NCBI GenBank assembly: GCA_965223905.1
Contig: CBDCXV010000011.1
Span: 1,536,001 to 1,600,000, forward strand
Source of the DNA: Candidatus Latescibacterota bacterium
Lineage (GTDB): Bacteria; Latescibacterota; UBA2968; UBA8231
Length of the DNA: 64,000 bases
Direction of reading: 5' to 3'
This document shows positions 8,049 to 18,509 of this stretch, piece after piece. The translations under genes and the position numbers were made by a program. The notes beneath the pieces are model-generated. The model was not told the DNA's origin and did not search any database. It worked only from the letters and a program-made list of their open reading frames with translations. Numbering within the stretch: the stretch's first letter is position 1; every line of letters begins with the position of its first letter.

Positions 8049-11000
8049 CTATTCCTTTGCGATGTAGACGAACGTGGCGTGATTGCCGTGGGCGACGACC
8101 TTCCGCGTCTTGACCGTGTCGTTAATGGAAAGCACCTGCTTGGGTGGATTCCCATCGAAAGGGAAGTCCGCATTCGGGCGGCATCTCCAATATCCCAAGC
8201 CCTGATCCAACTTCAGGGTCCAGATGTCGCCCCCCTCCCATTCCAGTCGAAGCTCGCGGAAGTGAGGCGCATCGCCCGTCTCGAACTTGAACGGCCCCTT
8301 CCAACCCAGCCGGCCTCGGCCCGTGTCGATTGCCTGCTCGAAAAACGACTGTCGAGCCGCGTCATCTTGCCATTTGTCACCGATCGACCGTCCGTCCCGA
8401 CTCTGGCGCCGATCACGCCGCATATCCCTGGTGAATAGCCGCAATGCCGTCTGAGAGTCCGCCCATCCTTCTCGCACCAAGCGAAGCAACAACTCGCGTA
8501 GTAACAGCCCTGCCCAAGGCGTGGCGAGATATCGATCGCAATAGCTCACGCGAGTCAACAGATCCTTACTGAATTGCTCCTTCAGCGGACTGCAATGATT
8601 GTGAATATGGGTCCAGAATCGAGAACCAAATCCTTCGATTCGTCCATCAAATTCTTTTTCAATGGGTAGTATCGCTACGGTACCGCCAGGCTGCGGGCGA
8701 AGTTTGTCAATTGGTACAACGTCGGTTTGAAGCTGTGGCAACGGGCTTTCAAACTGTGCGTAGACGGTCTGACCCCCCTCTGAGGGCAGACTCCATGCGA
8801 CGTTCAGCGCCGAGGCACCCTCGCTCGACGTTGCCCATGCGACGTGTGTGTGGATTCCTCCAGCGGCGGCAACCATAGCACCGTTTGAGGAATCGGTGGT
8901 TGCCGCTGGCGTGATGTGCACTTCAATGTGGCCACGCCCCGCGGCAACCAGAGCAGCCAGTGAGTGGCAGCTTCCCTCATCGAGTTCTTTCATGGTGGCC
9001 GGAGCCACGAGCAATCGAACCAGCCGTTCGTCATTGGCCCATCGCAAGACATCTCGGTAAAGAGGGAAGTCCTCTACATCCCAGGAATCAGGGTCGCCGC
9101 CCACCCACAATCGAACCTCTTCCACACCGGGCTCCCCTGCGACTTCCGCAAGGTGGCGAACCAATGGGCGGGTCAAAGCACGGGAGTCAGGTCCGAGGAA
9201 GCGGTCGCCTTCCTTGAGATCAAGACCATCAAGGCGCTCAGCGGTCAGAAATTCGCGGGCTTTGTGTCGATCGAGCTTGGCCGAGTCGTACTGAGTGTCG
9301 AAGCTGAGAAGGCATCCGTGGCAAGCCATGTCGCATTTTTTCGGACAGTCAAGAACTTTAAGGGCCTCGCGCAGTACCGGGACGACGTGATCACGCAACG
9401 CCCCCACATAGCCATTGCCGCCCGTCGCAGCATCATAGAGAAATATCGATCGTTGAGTCGTTCCATCAGTGGACTTGCTCGGGCGTTCCGTTACGCCGAC
9501 TTCCTCTTCCTCAATGCCAAGCCGGTGACAAAAGGAGCGCCGCAAGGCGATGCCGAGAGACAGGGCGGTTGTGGCATCGTTCAAGCCGGATAACTGCAAC
9601 TCAAAGACATCCGTGATGCGGCTGCCACCCAGTGAAAGGCCGCGTTGGATGGCAAACCCGGTGCCGTCGCATTGGCTGCTACCGTCCGGATCCTTTCCGC
9701 CACGCAGGCGCGAGTGTCCGTCCTGAAACGCTTCCGGTGGGCCGGTCTCCGATGCCAGACCACTTTCGGACGCGGCACGGCCGCAACGCAGGCAGACCGC
9801 GTACCCGTGATGCCCAGCTCCCCTGCTGCCATGAAACAGATGACCGGAGTCGGTGTAGCGGAAGCGCCCCATGTCCGAGTTTGCCAGCGGCACCCACTCC
9901 GGGGTTGGACAACTGATCCAGGGCGGTTCCACCGGGATATAGGTCGGAGCGACGACGTTGTTGTGCGGCGAATGGCGGATATCGACCGCGAATCCCGCCG
10001 GTTCGAGGTACTTCTGGGACCTCACCGCACCGTCGCACTGCGGACACTTGTCGGGCGGGAAATGGGAATCTCCGGTGTTACCGCATTCATGACACCGCCA
10101 GACGTGGCGAAGTGACTGCACCTCGTTGACGCTCTCTACATCTGGCGGGATGTGCCAGTTGAGGGTCACGCCGCCGGACTCGTACACCCGCCCGTCCATG
10201 ACGACTTCCGCGCCTGGGGCATACTCTCGAATTGCCATTTCCATCTGGCGAGAGGGGTACCCCAGCCTCTTTCCGAATGCCTCTTCCCGATCCTCCCGGT
10301 TTGTCTGCCTTCGTTTCAACTCCTCTATCGTGAGAGGCACGAAACTGACGATACCGATTGGGAATCCGTAGCCCGGCAGGAATTGCCGATTCGCAAGTTC
10401 TCGCAGCAGGTATTCGTCCTCCAATCGGCGGAGCTGGTGCTCTATTGCGAGGACCGCCGGGGGGCGTGATTGCCCTGGCTCATCCTCGAACTGGGCGGCG
10501 TCCTTACGCAGTGCGTCAACTTCGCGCCCCCACGCCGCCAATGCTTGGTCCAGGGCGGTCGCGGCGGCGTTCAACAATTGTATCGTCTCATTAGTCGCCA
10601 ACCCGGTGCCCTGAATGAGCCCTCCCAAACCCTGTACAAGGCGTTCTTCCGTCTCTGCCTCGGCACGGCACCATTCGGCAAATTGGCGTCCGGGGCTTGA
10701 CCCCGACGCCTCGTCAGGCTGGAAAAACCAGCCCGTCTTGAGCCGACGGACATCCCGGCCTTCCAGGAAGGCTCCCAGGCAAAGCGAATTGACGTGCCTC
10801 TGCACCAAGCGCTCACTGTCGAGGGCAACTCGGGGAATACCAGTTTTTGACCTGAAGGGCCATAGCGGATTGGCGAACACCTGTTCCCCGTGGGGGGTGC
10901 TCGGGCAGAGCGTGACCGCGAACGATACACCCTCGCCCCGGCGCCCTGCCCGGCCGGCACGCTGCAGGTAGTTGGTAGAGCTCGGAGGCGTGTTGTTCAT

Positions 11001-14000
11001 GACCACCGCCGAGAGTCCGCCGATGTCGACGCCCATCTCCATGGTGGTCGAACAACTGAGCACGTTCAGATCGCCGGCCTTGAAGCGCTCCTCAAGGCCC
11101 CGCAAACGCTGTCCATCGAGCTGAGCGGAGTGTTCGGCAGCTTCGAAGTACTGGGTGTTGGCAACGATTCGATCGTTGAGGTTGGACCAGACACCGAGCT
11201 CGCGCACCTGCTGTACTCGAGGGTCGGTTTCCAGCCATTCAGCGATTTCCTCACGGCTGGCCTCGCGTCCGGACGAATCGCGCCAATACGGCCTGGGTAC
11301 GCGGGGCAGCTCAAACTGACGACACTTCGCCGGTTCTCCGCGCTCTGGCTGGTAAGGCGACAGCCCATTTAACGTTGCGTCCAGCACTCGCGCGGTATAA
11401 GGACACATCTCGCCGGACGAGAGCTCGCTCAATACCGCGGTGTCGCGAAGCTTAAGCAGATAGCCATCCCCGACCTGTTGAAAGTGTGGGCGCAATGCCG
11501 TCCAAGCATGTTCGATCACTTCGTTGATCCTGTCTTTGCTCGACGGTGAGTCGTCCAGGCCAGCCGCTTGTTGAAGTAGACGGGGGATTCGGGAGGGTCT
11601 GACTCCTGTACGCAGCGACGGCCAGCGTCGTTGCAACCGCGTTAACACGCCATCGAATCCCGGGCCTTGAACGTAGCGTTTCCGAACCGGTATCCCCATC
11701 CAATGCAGATATCCATCCTCCACATCAACAGCGCTGACATCGCGCATGAAGAAATCGAAAACCATTTTCAGGAATACGGACCAATCCTCAGCTTGAAGCA
11801 GCCAACCGGCCGGCGGTGTCTTGCCTTCCAGAGCGGGGTAACGAAGCGAGATCATTCCCATCGTCTCGGCGGAGTTCATGCGCTTCGGTCGGCGAAAGAA
11901 TTCGCGGTAAAGGCAGAAACTGGCAAACTCTTCCAGGGTGCCATGGATGTAAGTTGTTCCCCGAAAGTACTTGTGCATCCGGCGCAAGCTGGCGTCGTCC
12001 ATCAGACGATAGATCGCGTCGTGCCACGGCAGCGTTCCGAGCCCGCTCGTTGCACGCTTCTGTTTGAGTTCGTCCTCCAGACGTTCGCGAAGGGACCTAA
12101 GCTCTAGCTTGTCTGGAAGACTTGCTATCTGCCGTTCAAGCTCACTGGTGTCCACGGTCTCCCTTTCGGCCGCCAGCGCGTGATAGAGGACGCTGCGAAC
12201 CCGGTTCCGCTCCGCCTCCTGCTGAAGCCTCACCGCCAGGCGCGCGGAACCTTGTCGCGAGTCGCTGAAGCCCAGGAGCCTCCTGCCCTGGCTCGGAAGA
12301 CCTGCCCCCGGACGCATCGGCGGCGTGTGCTCCAAGGCCGTAGGAACGATGGTCGATAGCGCAAAGGGTGCACCGATGCGCAACTCCCGGAATGGTCGAC
12401 GTCGATTGTCTTTGCCGCCGCAGCGGGGACAGGTTATCGGACCTGTATCAAGCGGCGACAGGCGGACCGGGATTCCGCCGCTATCCTTGGAGAGAGTTTG
12501 ATCTTGGCTCAGACGCCACTCTTCAATCTGCTCCTCGTCGAAGCCATGCCCGCAGATTAGCCTGCGAATGACCGACGGAGCAGGCGGCTCGGCTTCGTCA
12601 TCTTCATCGGGGTCGATTTCGAGCTGAAACTCGTCAATGTCCGCCTCCTCAACGTAGGGCATCAGCTTCTGCTCTCCTGTCTCACCCGAGAACGTCTCCT
12701 CGGCAGACAGATAGTCCTGTCCACACTCCCCGCACACTACCAACTCGAATACGGGATAGCCGCAGTGTTCGCATTTGGTGTGGCGCTGGGGGAACAGGCC
12801 ACCGAAGGCCCAACCATCTCCGAGAACCGAGTCGCGACCATTGCATGAGGGATTGACACACGCCCACAGGCCGCGCTGCGCCCGGTGAAAGAGATGGACG
12901 CGCAAGGGCAAGAACACCTCGTCATTTCGCCTGGCCGATGAAGCCATTTCAAGAAGTGCGGTCACTTTCTTGAAGCCGAGACCAGATTCCTCCTGTAAGG
13001 CTTTGAGCAGGATGGGTTCCTTGGCCAAACGGGCGCGAATTGACCTCGAAGCAGGATGGTGACAAAGAGCGTCGTACAACTGATCGGCATTCAGACCGTC
13101 AAGACTCGTCGCCATCTGCCTTGGATCAGCCGGTGGCAACGGCGGAACGAATCGCTCTCCGGTCACGACATGGACGCGATCCGCAGGTACACCGGATAGG
13201 TCCGCAAGAAAACGCTGCAAGTCGTTCTTGGCGTCAGCATCCCCAATCGTCGCCGAGGTGGCGATGAAGCGCACACTCCCGGAGTCCACTTCAAAGCGGT
13301 GCAGGACACGCCGGAGCAGCAATGCCATCTCGGCGGCTTGCGAGCCGATGTAGGTATGGGCCTCGTCTAGCACGATCCAGCGCAGCTTGCCGCGGGACTG
13401 CTCAAGTATTGGACGATCCTCGGTGCGTACCAGCATGTATTCCAACATCGTCGAGTTAGTGACGAGTATCGGTGCTGCCCCCCCACGGAGAATCTGCCTC
13501 GAAATCTGCTCTGCTCCTGCCCGCATTTGTTCGTGGGCCTGTGCCTTCTCAGGCGTCTCCCCGTTGTAGAGACAGAAGCGTATGTCGTTGCCGAAACCAT
13601 TGCACCAAGCCCGAAGCCGGTCGCGCTGACTGTTGATGAGCGCATTCAAGGGGTAGAGGAACAGCGCCCGTACGCCGGTAAGGCCGCCGGCTTGGGTGCG
13701 TTCCCGGGCCAAGTCTTCGAGAATCGGAACCAGAAAGCACTCAGTCTTCCCGGAGCCCGTACCGCTCGCAACCAACACTGAACGGGGAACGTCTTCGAGA
13801 AGAAGATTCCAGCAGTCGAGTTGATGTTGGAAGGGTTTGCGGTTGCGGGGAAATGCATACTCCCTGTAATCCCGCGACGGTTTGTCCATCGCCGACACTA
13901 CTTCTTGCCGGAGCAAGCCGCTTCGGACCAGCCCCTTCATGTCGACTTCGGCCAGCTTCCAACCAAACGCGGCTTCCAGTACGGGATCGGCCAGCAAGGC

Positions 14001-14147
14001 GCCGGGTTTGCCCGGCTCTCGTGCGTACAAACTCTCCAGATACTTGCGCAGCGCTGGGGAGCGCAGGCCCAGTTGCGAAAGGATGGCTCTGCCTGAGCGA
14101 GTGGAGAGATCCTGGATCAGATTCGAGATGCTGACGGTTTCGGTCAT
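8049..14147 (-). CDS. druE: Large DEAH-box helicase with DUF1998 (Druantia type III DruE-like)
   Basis: 2032 aa; GTGSGKT, YPLNALINSQ, DEAH, ATSAT, TTTMEMGVDIG, QRAGRAGRR; DUF1998 YDAATGGNGY..C..CDMACHGC; ATGA overlap with the upstream gene. Confidence 0.85.
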   Translation of the reverse strand: MTETVSISNLIQDLSTRSGRAILSQLGLRSPALRKYLESLYAREPGKPGALLADPVLEAAFGWKLAEVDMKGLVRSGLLRQEVVSAMDKPSRDYREYAFPRNRKPFQHQLDCWNLLLEDVPRSVLVASGTGSGKTECFLVPILEDLARERTQAGGLTGVRALFLYPLNALINSQRDRLRAWCNGFGNDIRFCLYNGETPEKAQAHEQMRAGAEQISRQILRGGAAPILVTNSTMLEYMLVRTEDRPILEQSRGKLRWIVLDEAHTYIGSQAAEMALLLRRVLHRFEVDSGSVRFIATSATIGDADAKNDLQRFLADLSGVPADRVHVVTGERFVPPLPPADPRQMATSLDGLNADQLYDALCHHPASRSIRARLAKEPILLKALQEESGLGFKKVTALLEMASSARRNDEVFLPLRVHLFHRAQRGLWACVNPSCNGRDSVLGDGWAFGGLFPQRHTKCEHCGYPVFELVVCGECGQDYLSAEETFSGETGEQKLMPYVEEADIDEFQLEIDPDEDDEAEPPAPSVIRRLICGHGFDEEQIEEWRLSQDQTLSKDSGGIPVRLSPLDTGPITCPRCGGKDNRRRPFRELRIGAPFALSTIVPTALEHTPPMRPGAGLPSQGRRLLGFSDSRQGSARLAVRLQQEAERNRVRSVLYHALAAERETVDTSELERQIASLPDKLELRSLRERLEDELKQKRATSGLGTLPWHDAIYRLMDDASLRRMHKYFRGTTYIHGTLEEFASFCLYREFFRRPKRMNSAETMGMISLRYPALEGKTPPAGWLLQAEDWSVFLKMVFDFFMRDVSAVDVEDGYLHWMGIPVRKRYVQGPGFDGVLTRLQRRWPSLRTGVRPSRIPRLLQQAAGLDDSPSSKDRINEVIEHAWTALRPHFQQVGDGYLLKLRDTAVLSELSSGEMCPYTARVLDATLNGLSPYQPERGEPAKCRQFELPRVPRPYWRDSSGREASREEIAEWLETDPRVQQVRELGVWSNLNDRIVANTQYFEAAEHSAQLDGQRLRGLEERFKAGDLNVLSCSTTMEMGVDIGGLSAVVMNNTPPSSTNYLQRAGRAGRRGEGVSFAVTLCPSTPHGEQVFANPLWPFRSKTGIPRVALDSERLVQRHVNSLCLGAFLEGRDVRRLKTGWFFQPDEASGSSPGRQFAEWCRAEAETEERLVQGLGGLIQGTGLATNETIQLLNAAATALDQALAAWGREVDALRKDAAQFEDEPGQSRPPAVLAIEHQLRRLEDEYLLRELANRQFLPGYGFPIGIVSFVPLTIEELKRRQTNREDREEAFGKRLGYPSRQMEMAIREYAPGAEVVMDGRVYESGGVTLNWHIPPDVESVNEVQSLRHVWRCHECGNTGDSHFPPDKCPQCDGAVRSQKYLEPAGFAVDIRHSPHNNVVAPTYIPVEPPWISCPTPEWVPLANSDMGRFRYTDSGHLFHGSRGAGHHGYAVCLRCGRAASESGLASETGPPEAFQDGHSRLRGGKDPDGSSQCDGTGFAIQRGLSLGGSRITDVFELQLSGLNDATTALSLGIALRRSFCHRLGIEEEEVGVTERPSKSTDGTTQRSIFLYDAATGGNGYVGALRDHVVPVLREALKVLDCPKKCDMACHGCLLSFDTQYDSAKLDRHKAREFLTAERLDGLDLKEGDRFLGPDSRALTRPLVRHLAEVAGEPGVEEVRLWVGGDPDSWDVEDFPLYRDVLRWANDERLVRLLVAPATMKELDEGSCHSLAALVAAGRGHIEVHITPAATTDSSNGAMVAAAGGIHTHVAWATSSEGASALNVAWSLPSEGGQTVYAQFESPLPQLQTDVVPIDKLRPQPGGTVAILPIEKEFDGRIEGFGSRFWTHIHNHCSPLKEQFSKDLLTRVSYCDRYLATPWAGLLLRELLLRLVREGWADSQTALRLFTRDMRRDRRQSRDGRSIGDKWQDDAARQSFFEQAIDTGRGRLGWKGPFKFETGDAPHFRELRLEWEGGDIWTLKLDQGLGYWRCRPNADFPFDGNPPKQVLSINDTVKTRKVVAHGNHATFVYIAKE

Positions 14148-17100
14148 TTGTTGGCTTTGTCCTGCATGAGTGCAAGCTGGAACCAGGTGGCCTCATACGC
14201 TAAATCAAACCACTCCGGGTCGTGCGCGCGGATACGTTTGACGAGGAATGTCGTGCGGTCGGTCGGTTTGGAGTGAAAACAGCACCATGCGGCGACAACC
14301 GGTGTGTCAAAGACAGGTTGGCGTTTGCGGGGTTCGTCTTCGTGTTGCCAGATGGCTAGTTCGTCGAGCAACTTGCCCTGCTCCAGTTCATCCACCCACT
14401 CGCGGCGTCCGTCTCCCGTCGGCCAGTCGTCCATGCTAAATCGCAGGTTAAGTTGCTCCTGGGTCTTGTCGTCTCGCCTCCTCCGGGCTTCCTCGATGAT
14501 CGGATCGGGGACTCTGCTACCCATCAATCGAAAGCCGATGTCACATTCCACGGTGTACAGCCCCCGAAGCCGATCGGTACCCTCCGAGAGAATGGAGTCT
14601 ACATGGTCGCGTGCGATCTGCTCACCGTCTGGTGTGTCGGTAAGTTGAACGCGGAGTCGCTCAAACGCCTGCCTTGCTTCGGTCCACCAGACCTCACGCT
14701 GAATCAGGAGCCAACTGAACGGCAGTTCGTCTTCCAGCCGCCAGAGCAACTGTCGAGGAGCACTTTCGAGCCGGAACATGCAACGAACCAGAAGATTCGG
14801 CTTCTTCACCAGAACCTTGAAAAGATCGAGCGACGTGGCTGGAAGACCCTCAGCGCGCAGCAGCATATTAGTCAAAAAGGACCACTCTTCTTCATCTCGG
14901 GGTTCATCCGCTACGTCCAACATGGCGTCCATCGTTGCGGCGATGGCTTGTATCCGCGAATTCCTATCTCGCAGGCTCAGGGCTTCGCATAGACGGGGGG
15001 CCTCCGCGTCACTTGTTGACAGACTAACTGACTCGCTTGGCCTGCCGCCAATGACAACGGGGCGGATACGCACCCGGTCGTCGTGGCGGGCTACCACTAA
15101 CCAGGGTTCATTGTTGTTTAAATCTTGCGGAAATATGGCACCGGGTGGGGTACCAGTCGGACTTACGACATCGAGAGACACAGGATCGGATTCTGGCCGA
15201 GCGATCGGCAAAACTTCAAAGGTCACCGTTTTTTCGTCATCCAGCACCGACGACACGTTGACCCAAGCCATGTCGGGGTCGTATTCGAGCACGGCTGCGA
15301 AACGGCGTATTTGAAGGGCATCGTGTTCATTCTGGAACTCATCCACAATGCGCAAGACGACGCTTGAGGCGCTGGACGACGATGCGGCGAGCAACAGCTG
15401 AATCATGGGGCGTAGGTCAATCAACGGTAGCTCATGGATCACGCCGATTTTTCGCAGAGGGCGACGGAAGTTAGCGATGCGCAAGTCCAGATCCGGTGCC
15501 TTGAGCCTACCCTCGATCCAGAACTCTCGTGTGTTGTCCGGCGACAGCGCGGTCGCCCGCACTCCGTACAGATCATCGACGGCATGTTCCCGGTCCAAAG
15601 GCTTGCCGTCTCGCAGGAAGCGCCCGCCGAGACCGGGGAAGGGCGCCTGCACGGCCAATTCCGAGGCCCCCTGCCAATGCAAGCGCAGTTGCACACGGGA
15701 AACTGGGTGGGCAGGATCCCGGGCGGCCACATGGACCCAAACCTCGTCTCCTTCAATTCGCGGGGTCACAACGACTTCCTGGCTGTGACCAAAAACCTTG
15801 ACGGCTTCCGCCCCGTTCAACACCAAATGCCCCTCGCTCATGTCCGAACCGGGAGCGAGGGACAGTCGGAATTGTTCGGGAAGGATTCCAACGCGGCCAT
15901 GATACCGAAGCTCTTCGCCGCGCATGTGCCGGATTTCCCATAATCCAGAAACACTGGGACCTTGTGCCCAATTTTCTCCTGTTTGCCTCCAACTGATCTC
16001 GTTTGCCGGCACGGCGCGCGAGGCTTGCTCGGCCTTGGCGATGCGCAAAGTTGGCGTACCGCGAAACAAGGGCCAGGCAGACTCGAAATCGTAGCAGCGC
16101 TAACCCACCAGCCGGTAGTCTTCCTCGACCGCCTGCCCCGAAGACGGCCTCACCACGCATCGACCGCTGCCCGTTTCAATCGTGGTCGGTTCGGTGATCC
16201 GCCAAAAAGCCCGGTCCAGGATAGGAAAACCTTCGGGCCCGGCGTTCCTGTCGACCACCGTACACTCATCGGGAACCAGTACCACAATCTCTGGTGTTCG
16301 GTTGCTGGCACTGCCCTCGCCAATGAAGGGACATTCATCGGAGTCGCCCCGGAACACCCACGGCAGCTCTCCCATGGCGGCGCCCCGGTAGGGAACCACT
16401 CCTTCGCCAACTACATCCCTGGAGAGGAACTGAAGGCGAACCTCGGCGGCCGCTTCGGCGTCCCAGATTTCGGCCTTAGACTGCGCGTCTCGTGGCACAA
16501 AGAGGAATTTGTCTGACTGGGCTGCGTACAAGCCGACATCGCGCACTCGATCGCCGTGCACACGTACCAGCAGCCTGGGTGGCAGATCACCCACCGACAC
16601 GTTCAGGTGATGTGCGAGGTGTTCCGCAGAAATAGATGCGGGAAGTCGGACCCGAGCGCCAAGCCGCCACCCAACACCGGTTCGACGCAGAAACCGTTCG
16701 ACGCGGAAGTCATCGACCTGGGTCGCCGTGTCCCGCGCCGCTTCGCGAAGCAGGCCGGTCAGAAGATCCCGAGCCCGCTCATTCTCGAGAGCAAGAGGGA
16801 TTGTATTACGCCAATCCGGTCGCGCCTGATCGAGGGTGCTGATCGGATCTTCGCCTTGAGCGTCGCCCTGAAGATCAAGCACCGCCTCGATCAGGTCGGC
16901 TGCCAAGCGGAACACATAGTCCCTGCGCAGCGTCGGCGGGCGCAGCAGGTGCTGCTGATCCCGGGCAAGATCGATAGTGTCGTCAACGAACTTCCGATAC
17001 TCAGCGGTGTGTTTAAGGACAGCGCGCAGGTATTGCGCAACCCTGCTGTCCGCGTCGCGGAGGAGGCCCAACGGCAGGCCGCCCTGACAGGCAAACGTTC

Positions 17101-17470
17101 CGAGATAGCGTACCGAGCGTACCGAGGTCGGCAATCGCACGAGATCGACCCGCCACCAGCGCAAAGCTGAGCGTACAGGCTCGTAGAGATCCGGATAGTG
17201 GACCCAGCCCCAACCAATGGACTCCAACAGCGGTTCCCATGCCCAATGGCCGCCGTCGTATTCGCGCTGCCACCATTCCGCCGAGTAGAGAACAAATGCC
17301 TGAACCGGCAAGTTGGCGGTGCTGCTGTCGTAGGGAGTAGTGTGCGAAAGCGCCTCGGCCAGGGAATCGAATTCTTCAGCGGTGCACCGATAGGCGTAGA
17401 GCGCCCGGCCATCCGGGTGCTCCAACCCCCGGCGGGGCAAGAATTCGTCGATCCAAATGGTTGGGTTCAT
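14144..17470 (-). pseudogene. druH: STY4851/ECs_5259-like protein (Druantia type III DruH), ~1108 codons, with one in-frame TAG at 16100-16102
   Basis: N-terminus FLPRRGLEHPDGRALYAYRC..FVLYSAEWWQREYDGG..W.W..GGLP; ORFs 16100-17470 and 14144-16069 are in the same frame with 10 sense codons between them. Confidence 0.8.
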
Positions 17471-17545
17471 GAGGGTCTCTTCCTGCGCGTTCCATCCCGG
17501 CTGCGGGAAAGTGTCCGCTATCCCGTTGGCCCGCCCCGGGGGGGC

Positions 17546-17749
17546 TCACCCCTGCCTGCGCCCGGCCTGGAGCTCCTGAGGGGCAATTAGATTCTTGCAG
17601 GTGCCCGCATACCGGGTGAGCTCCGCCATGCGCATGCGGCGGTTGAAATTCAGGACTGCTTGGACAATGGCTTCGCGGCCGGTCTTCGCTTTCGTGAACC
17701 GGATGGCGTCCTCGAGCTCGTCGTCGGGAATGTCGACAGTAGTTTTCAT
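17546..17749 (-). CDS. Orphan VapB-like (DUF2191-type) antitoxin
   Basis: MKTTVDIPDDELEDAIRFTKAKTGREAIVQA; no toxin ORF downstream. Confidence 0.7.
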   Translation of the reverse strand: MKTTVDIPDDELEDAIRFTKAKTGREAIVQAVLNFNRRMRMAELTRYAGTCKNLIAPQELQAGRRQG

Positions 17750-17756
17750 TGCTGAT

Positions 17757-18494
17757 TCATATCCACGCTTGGGGACGCTGCCTCAGGACGCACTCCCCAG
17801 GCCCGCCGAAGTAGCATCGGCTCGTCGTGAAGAATGGCTCCAACCGGCCGTCCTCATCCGGCGTCAGTACCGAGCGCATCCAGGCATTCCGCCTGCCCGG
17901 ATCATCCAGACCGTCAATATGTCCCGACTCTTCCTGAAGATCGTTCCACCACTTTTCCCGCGCCGACCTGAGCCGCTCCACGTTGAGGTTTAGAATCTCG
18001 ATGGTTCGGGTCACCCGGTCAGGGGCAAAGCCGGCAGTAAGGCAGGCATTTTCGTCCGCCTCAATCAGCCCATTGTCCAGCACCCTCACCAGCGAGGGAA
18101 TCGCCGGTAATGCTCGCGGGTCGACGAAGTTCTCTTCGTTCTGATTCCCTTTTGCCTGCCCACAGCTCGTTTCCACGCGCCTGGTATCCTCATCCAGTCC
18201 AGTCCCACCCAAGCAGCAGGCGACCATGTTGACTATGTCGAGGGCCTTCATTTCGCCAGATTTTTCATCGCTTTGCGGGACCACGTGCTCAACTTGACGA
18301 CGCCCTTCTTTGATCTCGATCTCGCAGTAGGCGCAGAGTCCGTGCTGGTTCTGGGTCAGTGCTTCCCTGAGTTCACGGTACGCCGCTCCCGAATTGTGAG
18401 AACGGAATCCGACCCAATTCGGGATGTCGCCGACGCAATCGAGGTATTCGGAAAGGCCGGAAGTTGGCGCGCTCAACTCGCGGATGACCTTCAT
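17757..18494 (-). CDS. ptuB: HNH endonuclease, TIGR02646/retron-associated PtuB-like
   Basis: LREALTQNQHGLCAYCE..VEHVVPQS...NMVACC...SCGQAKG...TIEILNLN. Confidence 0.82.
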   Translation of the reverse strand: MKVIRELSAPTSGLSEYLDCVGDIPNWVGFRSHNSGAAYRELREALTQNQHGLCAYCEIEIKEGRRQVEHVVPQSDEKSGEMKALDIVNMVACCLGGTGLDEDTRRVETSCGQAKGNQNEENFVDPRALPAIPSLVRVLDNGLIEADENACLTAGFAPDRVTRTIEILNLNVERLRSAREKWWNDLQEESGHIDGLDDPGRRNAWMRSVLTPDEDGRLEPFFTTSRCYFGGPGECVLRQRPQAWI

Positions 18495-18509
18495 TCGCGA
18501 CTTGACCGT

